Notes under the pieces: model-generated | What the model was told of the DNA's origin: nothing | The model's input: only the letters and a program-made list of their open reading frames with translations | Database searches by the model: none | Program-made: the position numbers and the translations under genes | Shown here: piece by piece, positions 1-10,900 of the stretch | Position numbering within the stretch: position 1 is the first letter of the stretch | How the letters are laid out: every line of letters begins with the position of its first letter | NCBI GenBank assembly: GCA_963675595.2 | Contig: CAXXLZ010000002.1 | Location: forward strand, 832,001-896,000 | DNA length: 64,000 bases | Source of the DNA: Thermodesulfobacteriota bacterium | GTDB lineage: Bacteria > Desulfobacterota > Desulfarculia > JACQYL01 | Direction: 5' to 3'

Positions 1-609
1 AATCAGGCCCAATCCGAATTGCAGATGTCCGATCAGGCCGAAGTAGCACAGCAGAAAGATCCTCTCCGGGCGACCGCCCAGAAACCCTACCTCGCAAAGC
101 CGAATTTGAGTTTCCGCCTTGGCGCGTGAATAGCTGACCACTAAGGCCGTCACCAGACCGTACAGGGCCAAGCCCCCCCCCACCGGCGATCCCGTCATGA
201 ACATGTGGAACGCGATCCCCGAAAAAATGAAACCGTCGGCAATGCGATCGAGAACCGAATCCAGAAATCCGCCGAATTTTGTTGTCAGATTGTGTTTGCG
301 GGCGAGCAGGCCGTCCCATAAGTCCAGAAGACCGGTGAGCCAACACGCGAAACCCCCTTCCGCCACATGACCTCCGGCGAAAAGGAGCGCTGAGGCAATA
401 GAGAACAGAAGGCCGGAGAGAGTCACCTGATTCGGTATAATCTTCAGGCGGTGAAAAAAGTCCACAATGGGGTTGGAAGCGAAGCTCGCAGCCACGAATA
501 GGAAAGTGGTGCCGAGAACCACACGAGGAAGATCGAAAATGATGCCCGTCACAGCCGGCAACACGACGGCGAAAACTAGGAGCGACCATTTGGGCACTCT
601 GTGAAACAT
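1..609 (-). CDS. CDP-alcohol phosphatidyltransferase family protein (3' end outside window)
   Basis: Own translation: PNQVTLSGL...LDLWDGLLARKHNLTTKFGGFLDSVLDRIAD matches the DxxDGxxAR...GxxxDxxxD motif. Absent from the ORF track because it runs off the edge; alternative ATG at 630. Confidence 0.85.
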   Translation of the reverse strand, partial: MFHRVPKWSLLVFAVVLPAVTGIIFDLPRVVLGTTFLFVAASFASNPIVDFFHRLKIIPNQVTLSGLLFSIASALLFAGGHVAEGGFACWLTGLLDLWDGLLARKHNLTTKFGGFLDSVLDRIADGFIFSGIAFHMFMTGSPVGGGLALYGLVTALVVSYSRAKAETQIRLCEVGFLGGRPERIFLLCYFGLIGHLQFGLGLI

Positions 610-787
610 GGTTTGGTATTTTGAATACATACACGAAAACGGGTTTTGGTCCCTCCGGATGCCCCGAGGCGACGTTCGTGGTGCAGAAAATGATCCCCAA
701 CCCGATCGATGGAAAGGCATGTATTATAGCATAATGGTCCGTTGAGTGACAGGATTGCTGGGGGGCCGGCCGACCGGCCCCGAGAAT

Positions 788-1186
788 TCAGCCCGTTTTC
801 ACCTCTATTCGTTTGGGTTTGAGCGCCTCGCTCTTGGGAAGCCTTAGTCTGAGAACGCCGTTTTTCAGCCCGGCCTCGACTTTGGATTGATCTATGCCCT
901 CCGCAACCGCGAAGGTACGGCTGAAATCTCCCACACGGTATTCGGTCCAAATTGCGTCACCGGGAAACGTCTTCTCCATCACCTTCCCGTAAACCCTGAG
1001 TTCCCCTTTCTCCAGCTCAATGGACACGCCTTCTCTGGAGACGCCGGGCAGATCCATGAGCAAAGTAAGTCCTTCCCGGTCCTCCATGATGTCTGCACGC
1101 GGTACAAACAAAGCTCCATCCTTGGTGGGCTCCGCCGCGGATTCCACTTCTCTCTTTTCCAGGGCCGTTTGAATCCTTTCTTCCAT
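788..1186 (-). CDS. Hsp20/alpha-crystallin small heat-shock protein
   Basis: PRADIME...DLPGV...F.RTF...KNGVLRLRLPK motifs; GGAGG 8 nt before the ATG at 1186. Confidence 0.92.
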   Translation of the reverse strand: MEERIQTALEKREVESAAEPTKDGALFVPRADIMEDREGLTLLMDLPGVSREGVSIELEKGELRVYGKVMEKTFPGDAIWTEYRVGDFSRTFAVAEGIDQSKVEAGLKNGVLRLRLPKSEALKPKRIEVKTG

Positions 1187-1205
1187 GAGCATCACCTCCT
1201 CGCCT

Positions 1206-1655
1206 TTAAGCAACCGTGACTTTCTTGGGTTTGGCCGCTTCAGCCTTGGGCAACACCACTTTCAGGACGCCGTTCCGATATTCCGCGGTGACTTTCTCGG
1301 CATCCACCGCGACGGGCAGAGTCAACACTCGGCTGAACCCTCCCCTTTGCCGCTCATGTAGATGCCGGCTCGTCTCCGGCCCGTCACTTTCCGGCTTGCG
1401 TTCGCCGCTGAGGATCAAGTCCGCGCCTTGAACGGAAATGTTGATATTCTCTTTCTCAAGGCCCGGCAACTCGGCCGTGAGCATGAACGAATCACCTTCT
1501 TCGTAAAGATTGACCGGCGGGAAGACTCCGGCGCCCATCGCCGTGGACGATCCCCTCAGGAATGAGTCAAACAAACCGTTCATCTCTCGCCTCAGTCGCC
1601 CCAACTCTCCGGATGCGCTCGGGAGAAAGGGGTCCCTCACTCTAAACGTCACCAT
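1206..1655 (-). CDS. Hsp20/alpha-crystallin small heat-shock protein
   Basis: FPPVNLYE...AELPGL...GGFSRVLTLP...YRNGVLKVVLPK; AAGGAGG RBS before the ATG at 1655; tandem with the second Hsp20. Confidence 0.93.
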   Translation of the reverse strand: MVTFRVRDPFLPSASGELGRLRREMNGLFDSFLRGSSTAMGAGVFPPVNLYEEGDSFMLTAELPGLEKENINISVQGADLILSGERKPESDGPETSRHLHERQRGGFSRVLTLPVAVDAEKVTAEYRNGVLKVVLPKAEAAKPKKVTVA

Positions 1656-1743
1656 AATGGTTCCCTCCTTTTTCACGCACCTGGTTTTGACCCCGACATT
1701 GCGAAGTCCCTGTGTTCAAACACCATTTTCCGTTCGACTATAC

Positions 1744-1771
1744 AATTTAGACAGACTCCGGACGTTGTCAA
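1744..1771 (-). promoter_or_regulatory. putative sigma70-type promoter of the hsp20 pair
   Basis: Minus strand reads TTGACA-N16-TAAATT about 90 nt upstream of the first hsp20 start. Confidence 0.45.
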
Positions 1772-1915
1772 GTACCTGATTTGCCGCCTTAAGTAAGTAC
1801 TCCGTCAATCTCTTTGGAGCCCCGCCGATCGCCCTCTGCGCTCCCACTCAGCGCTTGCATACCAGATCGGTTCCTTGTAGTCTGATTTGAATTTTCTCTG
1901 GAGGCGAAAGAAACC

Positions 1916-2626
1916 ATGCCGCATACTGATTACGATCTTGAGAGCTTTCCTCCCCCCGTAACGCAACGGGAAATAGAGCGCATCGTCGATCCCCTGGAAA
2001 TCGAAAGAAAGTCCATGCGGATCATCGATGAAGAGGCACCTGAGCCCAGACCTTTTGAGGGAGAAGAATGGACGGTTGTGCGGCGAATGATCCACACGTC
2101 CGCCGACTTCGAAATGCTGCAAAAAGTTAAATTCCATCCGGACGCTCTGGAAACCGGCAAGAGGGCGCTGGCGTCGGGGTGTGAGATTTTCACCGATACG
2201 ATGATGGCCAACGTGGGGATTTCCAAATGGCGAATGCAACCTCTCGGGTGTCGGGTCGTTACACTGGTGCATGACGAGAGAGCTGTGGAACGTGCCTCAA
2301 GAGAGAGTATCAGCCGCTCCATCGCCGCGGTCGATCTCGCGGCGGAGAATCCGGGAATACGAGTTTTCGTCATTGGAAACGCGCCCACCGCTCTCTTGCG
2401 ACTCCTTGAGCTGGCGGAACTCGGACTCGTTTCCCCCGCACTGATTGTGGGTATGCCCGTGGGTTTCGTCAACGCGGCGGAATCCAAAGCGCTGTTGGCG
2501 AAGCAAAGCCCCGCTCCGTACGTTACCATAGAAGGCCGCAAGGGCGGCTCGGCGCTCGCGGCATCCGTAATTAACGCCCTGGCCGACTTGGTGAATCCGA
2601 GAAACTTGGAGAATCAAAGTAAGTAA
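1916..2626 (+). CDS. cbiC: precorrin-8X/cobalt-precorrin-8 methylmutase
   Basis: IERKSM..I, RRMIHTSAD, IGNAPTAL, GMPVGFVNAAESK, GRKGGSALAAS motifs of CbiC/CobH. Confidence 0.95.
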   Translation: MPHTDYDLESFPPPVTQREIERIVDPLEIERKSMRIIDEEAPEPRPFEGEEWTVVRRMIHTSADFEMLQKVKFHPDALETGKRALASGCEIFTDTMMANVGISKWRMQPLGCRVVTLVHDERAVERASRESISRSIAAVDLAAENPGIRVFVIGNAPTALLRLLELAELGLVSPALIVGMPVGFVNAAESKALLAKQSPAPYVTIEGRKGGSALAASVINALADLVNPRNLENQSK

Positions 2627-2764
2627 GCACCCGCGAGCCGGGACCCGTCTATGACGAGTCCCAAGTCTCCCGGAGTCCGTTTAGGCTTGTCTACCTGCGT
2701 CGCCCGTTCGTTTAGATTTGGAGCTCCGTTTCTTTCGGTTCTCCGTTTCCTTAGGGAGAGTATT

Positions 2765-3565
2765 TTGTCCAAAGTCTACTTTGTCGGTGCGGGTCCAGGT
2801 GACCCCGAGTTGATCACGGTCAAGGGGTTGAGAATTATTCAGGAAGCCGACCTGGTCCTGTACGCGGGTTCCCTGGTTCCCGCGGAGATCGCCTCCAAAG
2901 CCAAACCATCGGCACGTGTGGTGGACTCCGCGCCTTTGAACCTGGAGGAAACTCATCGGTTGCTGGTGGAAACGGTTGCGCAGGGCGGCATCGCCGCTCG
3001 AGTTCACACGGGCGATCCTTCGCTGTACGGCGCCGTCCGGGAACAGGCGCGACTTCTGGACCGGGAAGGAATCCCCTACGAAGTGATTCCGGGCGTGACC
3101 GCGGCTTTCGCCGTGGCGGCCAAGGCCGCGGTTTCCTTCACCGTACCGGGGGAAAGCCAAAGCCTCATTATCACCCGGACGGCGGGAAAAACCGGCGCCC
3201 CAGAATCGGAACGTTTGAGGGATATGGCAAAGCACCGCTGCTCCTTGGCGATCTACCTGTCCGCCGCGGAACCGGAAGTTCTTCAAAACGAACTTTTAGA
3301 CGGCGGATTGGAGGAGGACACCCTAGTCGTGATCGGTCACCGAGTGGGATGGCCCGGAGAACAACTTGCCGTAACGCGCCTTAAAGACATGGCCGCTTTC
3401 GTCCGTGAGAACGAGATACATCGGCAGGCGCTGTTCCTGATTCTGCCGGGAGAGGACGACCGCGATCATTATTCCAAGCTTTACAGCCCCCGATTCACTC
3501 ACGGATATCGAAGGGCGACGCCGACCGACGGCCTCCCCGAGGATGACCCGGTTTCCGAAGGATGA
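2765..3565 (+). CDS. cbiF: precorrin-4 C11-methyltransferase
   Basis: VYFVGAGPGDPELITVKG, YAGSLV, RVHTGDPSLYGA, SKLYSPRFTHGYR (CbiF/CobM); likely TTG start at 2765 after GGGAGAG. Confidence 0.93.
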   Translation: MSKVYFVGAGPGDPELITVKGLRIIQEADLVLYAGSLVPAEIASKAKPSARVVDSAPLNLEETHRLLVETVAQGGIAARVHTGDPSLYGAVREQARLLDREGIPYEVIPGVTAAFAVAAKAAVSFTVPGESQSLIITRTAGKTGAPESERLRDMAKHRCSLAIYLSAAEPEVLQNELLDGGLEEDTLVVIGHRVGWPGEQLAVTRLKDMAAFVRENEIHRQALFLILPGEDDRDHYSKLYSPRFTHGYRRATPTDGLPEDDPVSEG

Positions 3566-3879
3566 CCGCTTGTAGCAATACCGGGGATGGAGTCGGACGT
3601 GCACTTGACCGCCGTTCTTCTTGAAGAAGGCGCATTGCCGATACATCTCCCCGGCGTTTTCCCGGGGAAGATGAGATCCCGAGGAAGCCTTTCTCCGTCG
3701 AGAGACATCCCTCACGGATCCTCTCCGCATTCATTCCTCCGAAACCGGCGGCCATCTCGGTCATTCGAGGAGCCGCCTTTCCTTGCGCACCCCTCCCCGA
3801 TCCCGGAACATCATGCCGGCCGCAGCGATCCGTCGACGGACACCAGGTTTCGGGCGGACGGGACGGATAACCGAACCGC

Positions 3880-5388
3880 ATGAAGTATCTGTTGAAAATC
3901 CGCTCGGAAAAGTTTGTCTTGGCCCTCCTGCCAACGAAAAGCCTTCTAGGCTTAGCGATATCTCTGCTCGTAATCACGGCCGCCTGCTGGGCTCTCGAAA
4001 CCCGACTGGCACCCAAATCCGATCGCCTTTCCCATTGGTATTGGGAAGACAAACGAATCAACCTCAACAACGAGTTCAAGAACTACGCCGACACGTCCCT
4101 TCCAATATGGCGCTCCGACGGTTTTCCCGTAACCGTCGCCCGGAAGAAAACCCGGCGGATCTTGGTGCTGGGGGACTCTTTCGCTTGGGGCGACGGGTAC
4201 GCCAACATGAACGATCTTTGGTGGAGGCAGTTGGAGAGGGAGCTTTGGCGGCGGGGATACCGTCAAGTGGAGGTGATTGCCGCGGGCCTGCCGGGTTATT
4301 CGACATCCGACCAGCTTGCCGTTCTGGGAACGGTGCTGGATCAGGCCAAACCCGATCTGCTCTTATGGGGATACACCACCAATGATCCGGACGAGGGAAT
4401 CGTGCCCATTCTGGACGAGAACCGCTTGGTACGCAAAGATTCCTTGTATCGCTTCCTTAATCGGGCCTCCACCGGAAGGCTGTTTCCGGGCCTCGTTTGC
4501 TTCCTGAGGGACGGACGTCAAGAGCGTGTCGCCGTGGGAGCCGCCGGGGCGAAAAACGGCTTTCGGTACGCACAATGGGAACTGGAACTACTGAAAGGCG
4601 AGAATTTCGCAAAATACAAATCCACCGCCGCCAGGCTTTCTCAGAAGGTCCGGACTTTGGGCATACCCGTTTTCTACGTTACCTTGCCGGCGGACCCGAG
4701 CATCGAATACCACCGCCCCAGGTTCGAGCCTGTGCGCGCTCTGTACGAGCGATTGGGAGTGCCGTTCTTCGACGTGCTGGACAAGGTGCACTCAATGCTG
4801 TGTTCAGGCCGAGAAGCCGATCTTAGCGTACAGTGGGGCATCAATCCGGTAAACCGACATCCCGGGGCCGCGGTGACTCACGCTTGCGCGGTCGCCGTTT
4901 GTGATGTTCTTGAAAAAGAAGCCGCCGAAATCTTGGAGTCGCCGTCAATCGACCACCCGGACCCAGCCCCGATCATTAACGACTGGATGCCTTTCGACCT
5001 CGGAGTCGAGCGCCGATCGGACGAAACCTGGACCATGACCGTGCCCCGGTCCTCAAAATACATGCCGAGGATGCCCGATGACGAGCCTTTCCTGCTGCTT
5101 TCCTTGGCAATGCCCGTGGTTTTGAGTACGGTGGAAGTCCACGGTGAAAATCTCGCGGAGGTGTCCATCGAGACGACCGGCGTGAGCCCGAATTCGGGCT
5201 TTGACGACGGTTCCACTCAAAGGTATCCGCAGCGGAACGGTCCGACGGCTCGGTGGGATGTGGGCGAGAAGTCGGATGCGCGGGCCATGAACACCCTTCG
5301 CATCAAGCCGCGCTTTTCCGGGAATGATCGTGTGCTGCGGTTGCGACTCGTCCCCGGGAAATCGTCTCCGACACTCGAGGTGAAATAA
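3880..5388 (+). CDS. membrane-anchored SGNH/GDSL hydrolase-like protein
   Basis: N-terminal hydrophobic segment; RILVLGDSFAWG (block I), GLPGYST, YTTND, NRHPG. Confidence 0.7.
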   Translation: MKYLLKIRSEKFVLALLPTKSLLGLAISLLVITAACWALETRLAPKSDRLSHWYWEDKRINLNNEFKNYADTSLPIWRSDGFPVTVARKKTRRILVLGDSFAWGDGYANMNDLWWRQLERELWRRGYRQVEVIAAGLPGYSTSDQLAVLGTVLDQAKPDLLLWGYTTNDPDEGIVPILDENRLVRKDSLYRFLNRASTGRLFPGLVCFLRDGRQERVAVGAAGAKNGFRYAQWELELLKGENFAKYKSTAARLSQKVRTLGIPVFYVTLPADPSIEYHRPRFEPVRALYERLGVPFFDVLDKVHSMLCSGREADLSVQWGINPVNRHPGAAVTHACAVAVCDVLEKEAAEILESPSIDHPDPAPIINDWMPFDLGVERRSDETWTMTVPRSSKYMPRMPDDEPFLLLSLAMPVVLSTVEVHGENLAEVSIETTGVSPNSGFDDGSTQRYPQRNGPTARWDVGEKSDARAMNTLRIKPRFSGNDRVLRLRLVPGKSSPTLEVK

Positions 5389-5977
5389 ACCCGGTATCAC
5401 CCATCCGGACAAGTCATACGTAAGGCAACTGAAGTGAACGAGGAACGGAGCGCAACCCTGCAGATCGCATGTTTCAACCGTCTCCGCCTCGCCCCCGGCC
5501 GATTTCCTTCCACGCCGAATCCCGGGCACCGAGGCCTCTCGGAAAAAAGCGCTTTGAAAAACGGATGAATTATGAGAGACTTATGGCTACGCGGAACGGA
5601 TCATGCGGCACGGGCCTTGTCCAGTCATCCAATCCCGAATGCCGGAAAACCAAACCGTCGCCGTTGTCTTGAAGGATCACCCGGTCCGATGGAGGACCAA
5701 CACCTCCCGATTCCCGTTGACGAAATCCTCGATATTCCCGGCCGGGTGTTTTCGGGCCAACGCTTTCGTTTTGTTTCTCCGCTGTTCCCTTAACTTAGAC
5801 GATGCTTTCCGAAATACCGATCGTCGACCGGAACAAGCGCCAAAGCCTCTCCCGCATGACCGATTCATGAGAATCAAGGACGTCGGAACGAAGCGAGACG
5901 GGACCATCTCTCCCGTGTTCCCTCTCCTCTCCGGTTTCGGAGCCGTCGTCGGACTATGCAAAGGCTGAGGACTACCC

Positions 5978-7960
5978 ATGATTGATGGAACAAAACGCGT
6001 AATGATCGAGAACGTCGCTCCTCAAATAGCGTGCGGCGAATACCCCATCAAGCGGGCCGTCGGTGAATCCGTGAGGATTTCCGCGGACATTTATGCGGAC
6101 GGCCACGACGAACTCAGGGCTTTCCTTCTCCACCGAAAGGAAGGAGATGCCTTCTTTCACGAAACACCCATGATTCCACTTGAAAACGATCGCTGGACGG
6201 CGGAGTTTCAGATTCTGGAGATGGTCCCTTATTACTACGGCGTCAAAGCGTGGGTCGACCGATTCAAGACCTGGAGTCGGGACATGTCCGGAAGAATCCG
6301 AGCCGGCCAGAACATTTCGGCGGCTCTGGCCGAGGGAGCGCGCCTTGTGGGCGAAGCGGCGACACGAGCGTCCGGTGCCGATAGGGAAAGCCTGCTCCGT
6401 TCGGCCGCGACTCTTGAAGGAACAGATCCGGAAGAAGCCCTGTCCGAGGCTCTCTCATCCAGCCTAGCCGAGATTATGGCCAAGTACGGAGACCTTTTTC
6501 CCTCCCGATACGAAAAGGAACTCATGGTTCTTGTAGACCCTCCACGAGCCCTGTTCAGCACTTGGTACGAGTTTTTCCCCAGGTCCGCGGCCTCGTTCGG
6601 GAGTCGGCCGCGCCACGGCACCTTCAGGGACATGGAAAAACTCCTCCCGGAGATCGCCCGTATGGGTTTCGACGTGCTTTATTTCCCTCCCATTCATCCC
6701 ATCGGAGAAACACATCGAAAAGGAAAGAACAATGAACCTCGGTGTGAAGCCGGAGACGTGGGCAGCCCATGGGCCATCGGCTCCGAATCCGGTGGACACA
6801 AGGCCGTGCATCCCGAACTGGGCAATCTGGAGGAATTCCGGCACTTGTGCGCGGAGGCGGAGAACCTGGGCCTTGAAATAGCTCTGGACATGGCTTTCCA
6901 ATGTTCTCCCGATCACCCATACGTGCGGGAACATCCGGAGTGGTTCCGACGGCGAGCCGACGGTTCGATTCAGTACGCGGAGAACCCGCCGAAGAAATAT
7001 GAGGACATCTATCCCTTCGACTTCGAATGTGAGGCGTGGCGCGAGCTGTGGGAGGAACTCAGGAGCGTATTTCTTTTCTGGGTCGAACAGGGCGTCAGGA
7101 TTTTCCGCGTGGACAATCCCCACACCAAACCGGTTCCTTTCTGGCGCTGGGTCATTTCCGAGGTGAAACAGCGACACCCGGAGACGATTTTCCTCGCCGA
7201 GGCGTTCACACGGCCCAAGATGATGTACGGACTGGCCAAAGCGGGTTTCACCCAGTCTTATACCTATTTCACCTGGAGAAATACCAAAAAGGAACTCACG
7301 AACTACATGACGGAGTTGGTGGAGGAAGCGCCGAGGGATTATTTCAGGCCCAATTTCTGGCCCAACACCCCCGATATTCTCCCGGAATTCCTCCAGTTCG
7401 GCGGACGTCCCGCCTTCATCATGCGTTTGGTGCTGGCCGCCACCCTCTCGTCGAACTACGGCATTTACGGTCCCGCTTTCGAGCTCTGCGAAAACGAAGC
7501 TCGTGTGGGAAGCGAAGAGTATTTGAACTCGGAAAAGTATGAGATCAGACCGCGAAACTGGAACATAGAAGGAAATCTCAAGGACTTCATCGCCAGGTTG
7601 AACGGCATTCGACGAAACAATTCCGCCCTGCAAACCACCTGGAATCTGAGGTTCATCAAAGCGGAAAACGATTTCGTCATTGCCTACGTGAAGGTTTCCC
7701 GCGATACGGAAAATGCGGTGTTTACCGTGGTCAATCTGGACCCATACAACACACAGGGAGCCTGGATCACGTTGCCTCTGGAAGAACTGGAGCTGAAAGA
7801 GGGCAGGCCTTTTCTGATCCACGATCTGCTCGGCGACGACAAGTTCATCTGGCACGGCGGACGCAACTACGTGGAGTTGAACCCACGGGTGCTTCCGGCG
7901 AGAATCTTCACACTGAAAAAGGACCTCAGGAAGGAAACGGATTTCGACTACTTCATGTAA
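5978..7960 (+). CDS. glgE: alpha-1,4-glucan:maltose-1-phosphate maltosyltransferase
   Basis: WYEFFPRS, PPIHPIG, GSPWAIG, QYAENPPKKYEDIYP, FRVDNPHTKP, RPNFWPNTPDIL. Confidence 0.96.
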   Translation: MIDGTKRVMIENVAPQIACGEYPIKRAVGESVRISADIYADGHDELRAFLLHRKEGDAFFHETPMIPLENDRWTAEFQILEMVPYYYGVKAWVDRFKTWSRDMSGRIRAGQNISAALAEGARLVGEAATRASGADRESLLRSAATLEGTDPEEALSEALSSSLAEIMAKYGDLFPSRYEKELMVLVDPPRALFSTWYEFFPRSAASFGSRPRHGTFRDMEKLLPEIARMGFDVLYFPPIHPIGETHRKGKNNEPRCEAGDVGSPWAIGSESGGHKAVHPELGNLEEFRHLCAEAENLGLEIALDMAFQCSPDHPYVREHPEWFRRRADGSIQYAENPPKKYEDIYPFDFECEAWRELWEELRSVFLFWVEQGVRIFRVDNPHTKPVPFWRWVISEVKQRHPETIFLAEAFTRPKMMYGLAKAGFTQSYTYFTWRNTKKELTNYMTELVEEAPRDYFRPNFWPNTPDILPEFLQFGGRPAFIMRLVLAATLSSNYGIYGPAFELCENEARVGSEEYLNSEKYEIRPRNWNIEGNLKDFIARLNGIRRNNSALQTTWNLRFIKAENDFVIAYVKVSRDTENAVFTVVNLDPYNTQGAWITLPLEELELKEGRPFLIHDLLGDDKFIWHGGRNYVELNPRVLPARIFTLKKDLRKETDFDYFM

Positions 7961-7974
7961 GGAGAAACGCATCC

Positions 7975-10900
7975 ATGACCGATGTCTCGATACTGCCGGA
8001 TGATCCTCTCTGGTACAAAGACGCCATCATTTACGAAGTCCACGTAAAAACCTTCTGTGACGGAAACGGCGACGGAATCGGGGACTTCAAGGGAATGATC
8101 TCGAAGCTGGACTACTTCGAAAGTCTCGGGATCAATACGGTATGGTTGCTCCCCTTCTATCCTTCGCCCTTGAAGGACGACGGATACGACATCGCCGATT
8201 ACCGTAACGTTCACCCCGACTACGGTGCTTTGAGAGACTTCAAAGAATTCCTGAAAGGCGCCCACCGTCGCGGAATTCGGGTAATTACCGAGTTGGTCAT
8301 GAACCACACGTCCAACCGACACGAATGGTTCCAACGTTCCAGAAGGTCCGGACCAAACACGGCATGGCGCAACTATTACGTTTGGAGCGATACGCCGACC
8401 CGATATGCGGACACACGGATTATCTTTCAAGACTTCGAACACTCGAACTGGGCCTGGGACCCGGTGGCTCAAGCCTATTACTGGCATCGGTTCTACAGCC
8501 ACCAACCGGACCTGAATTTCGAAAGCCCGCAAGTCAAAAGGGCTATGTTCAAGGCCTTGGACTTCTGGTTGAGTATGGGTGTGGACGGCCTGCGACTCGA
8601 TGCCGTGCCCTATTTGTTCGAGCGGGAAGGAACCAACTGCGAGAATCTGCCTGAAACCTATGAGTTTATCAGGGAACTTCGTAGACACATCGACGAAAAC
8701 CATCGAGACAAGATGGTTCTGGCGGAAGCGAACCAATGGCCGGAGGACGCCGTAGCCTATTTCGGCTCGGGAGACTCCTGCAACATGGCGTTTCATTTCC
8801 CCTTGATGCCGCGGATGTTCATGGCCCTCGAAATGGAAAACAAGTATCCCATCATCAATATCCTGGAGCAGACGCCGGCCGTTCCGGATTCCTGCCAGTG
8901 GGCCATTTTTTTGCGCAATCACGACGAATTGACTCTTGAGATGGTCACCGACGAAGAGCGGGACTATATGTACCGCGTTTACGCCATGGATCAGCGCGCG
9001 AGAATCAACCTGGGCATTCGACGGAGGCTGGCTCCCCTGTTGGACAACGACCGCAGGAAGATCGAACTCATGAATGTCCTGCTTCTCACCCTTCCCGGCT
9101 CTCCCGTGATCTATTACGGAGACGAAATCGGCATGGGAGACAACTACTACCTGGGGGATCGGGACGGTGTTCGGACTCCCATGCAATGGAACGCCAACAA
9201 AAACGCCGGATTCTCCGATGCCAATCCGCAAAAGCTATTCCTGCCGGTGATTATCGATCCCCAATATCATTACGAAACCATCAACGTGGAGACTCAGAGC
9301 CGAAGTCAATACTCACTACTTTGGTGGATGCGCAGAATCATAGCCCGCCGGAAGAGATATCGGGCTTTCGGTCGGGGCAAAATGGAATTCGTGCACCTGG
9401 ACAACGTCAAAGTCTTGGCTTACATCCGGTCCCATGAGGATGAGTCCATTCTTGTGGTGGCCAATCTCTCACGAAACGCCCAGATGGTTGAAATCGATCT
9501 TTCGAAATACCAAGGCCGGGTGCCTGAAGACATGTTCGGTCAAACCCGCTTTCTTCCCGTCACCGAATCCCCCTATGTGCTTTCCCTGGGTCCCTATGCG
9601 TATTTCGTTCTTGTTTTAAAAGCACCCCAAGAGACGATCGTGTACCAGGCGGAAAGTCGGGCGCCTCAAATTCGGGCGAAAAGCTGGGGCACCTTGTTCG
9701 ACGAAGCCGAACCCAGAGGCAGGTTGGAGAAGCACATTCTTCCCGGCTACATATACGGCCGGCGTTGGTTCGGAGGCAAAGCCCGTCGCCTGAAGGGAAC
9801 CAAGATTCTGGAATCTCTCCGGCTGGGCAAGACCAGGAATTCTCCGGCCATTCTTCTGGTGGAGGTGTCCTACACGGAAGGAGAGCCCGAAATTTACGTC
9901 CTTCCCTTGACCTGCCGACCCATTGAAGATTCCGATTCAGAGCTTCCACCGGGAACCGTGGCGCTTCTCGATCTCCCCAATTGGAAAGGCGTCATCCAGG
10001 AAGCGGTGTACGACGAGGAATACTGCAGGACGCTTCTGGCGGTTACGGCGGGAAGAAAGCGCATCGCAGGCCCCACCGGTCGCCTCATCGCAGGCTCCAC
10101 CCGCGATCTTCGGGAAATCTTCACCAAGAACGAGGTGGATTTGACACCGAAACTGCTGGGAGTGGAGCAAAGCAATACCTCCATCGTTTACGGTAAGAGC
10201 CTTTTTCTCAAACTTTATCGCAAGACGGATCGGGGCATGCACCCGGACCTCGAGATGGTGCGTTACCTTTCGGGAGTTTCGGGTTTCGAGCATATTCCCC
10301 CCTATCTAGGCGAACTTCAGTACCGTTTCGAAAATGGGGATAATGTGGTGATCGGAATGATGCAGGGCTTCGTTCCCAATCAGGGCGACGCCTGGACCCA
10401 CAACCTCGATCTGGTCAGAAGGTTTTTTGAGCGGGCTCTGCTGCTGCGCAACTCCGGGACCGAGGCGCCCGAGTGCCCCGCCACTCCCGTGCAGGCGGAC
10501 ATGGATACCGCACCTCAGCCTCTGGATGAGCTGTTCGCCGGCATCACTCAGGAAATGGCGGAACTGCTCGGTCTGCGGACCGCTGAAATGCACCAGGCTC
10601 TGGCTCGTGCGGACAAAGACGACAGCTTCCGCCCGGAGGCTTTCTCCTGGCTGCGACAGCGGGCCTTGTTCCAGTCCATGCAAAATCTCGCCGGCGAACA
10701 GTTGCGGTTGTTGAGAAACAACCTCAGCCGTTTTTCCGACTCGATTCAACAAGAAGCCCGGGAAGTGCTGGCCCTGGAAAGCGAAATCTTTTCCCGCATG
10801 CGGCGAATACTGAGACGAAAACTGGAAGCATTGGCGCTGAGAACCCACGGAGATTACCATCTGGGACAAGTACTCTATACGGGCAAGGATTTCGTAATTT

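Noticed and set aside
1690-1800. CIRCE/HAIR heat-shock operator upstream of hsp20
   Set aside because: No match to TTAGCACTC-N9-GAGTGCTAA or CTTGAGT-N7-ACTCAAG.
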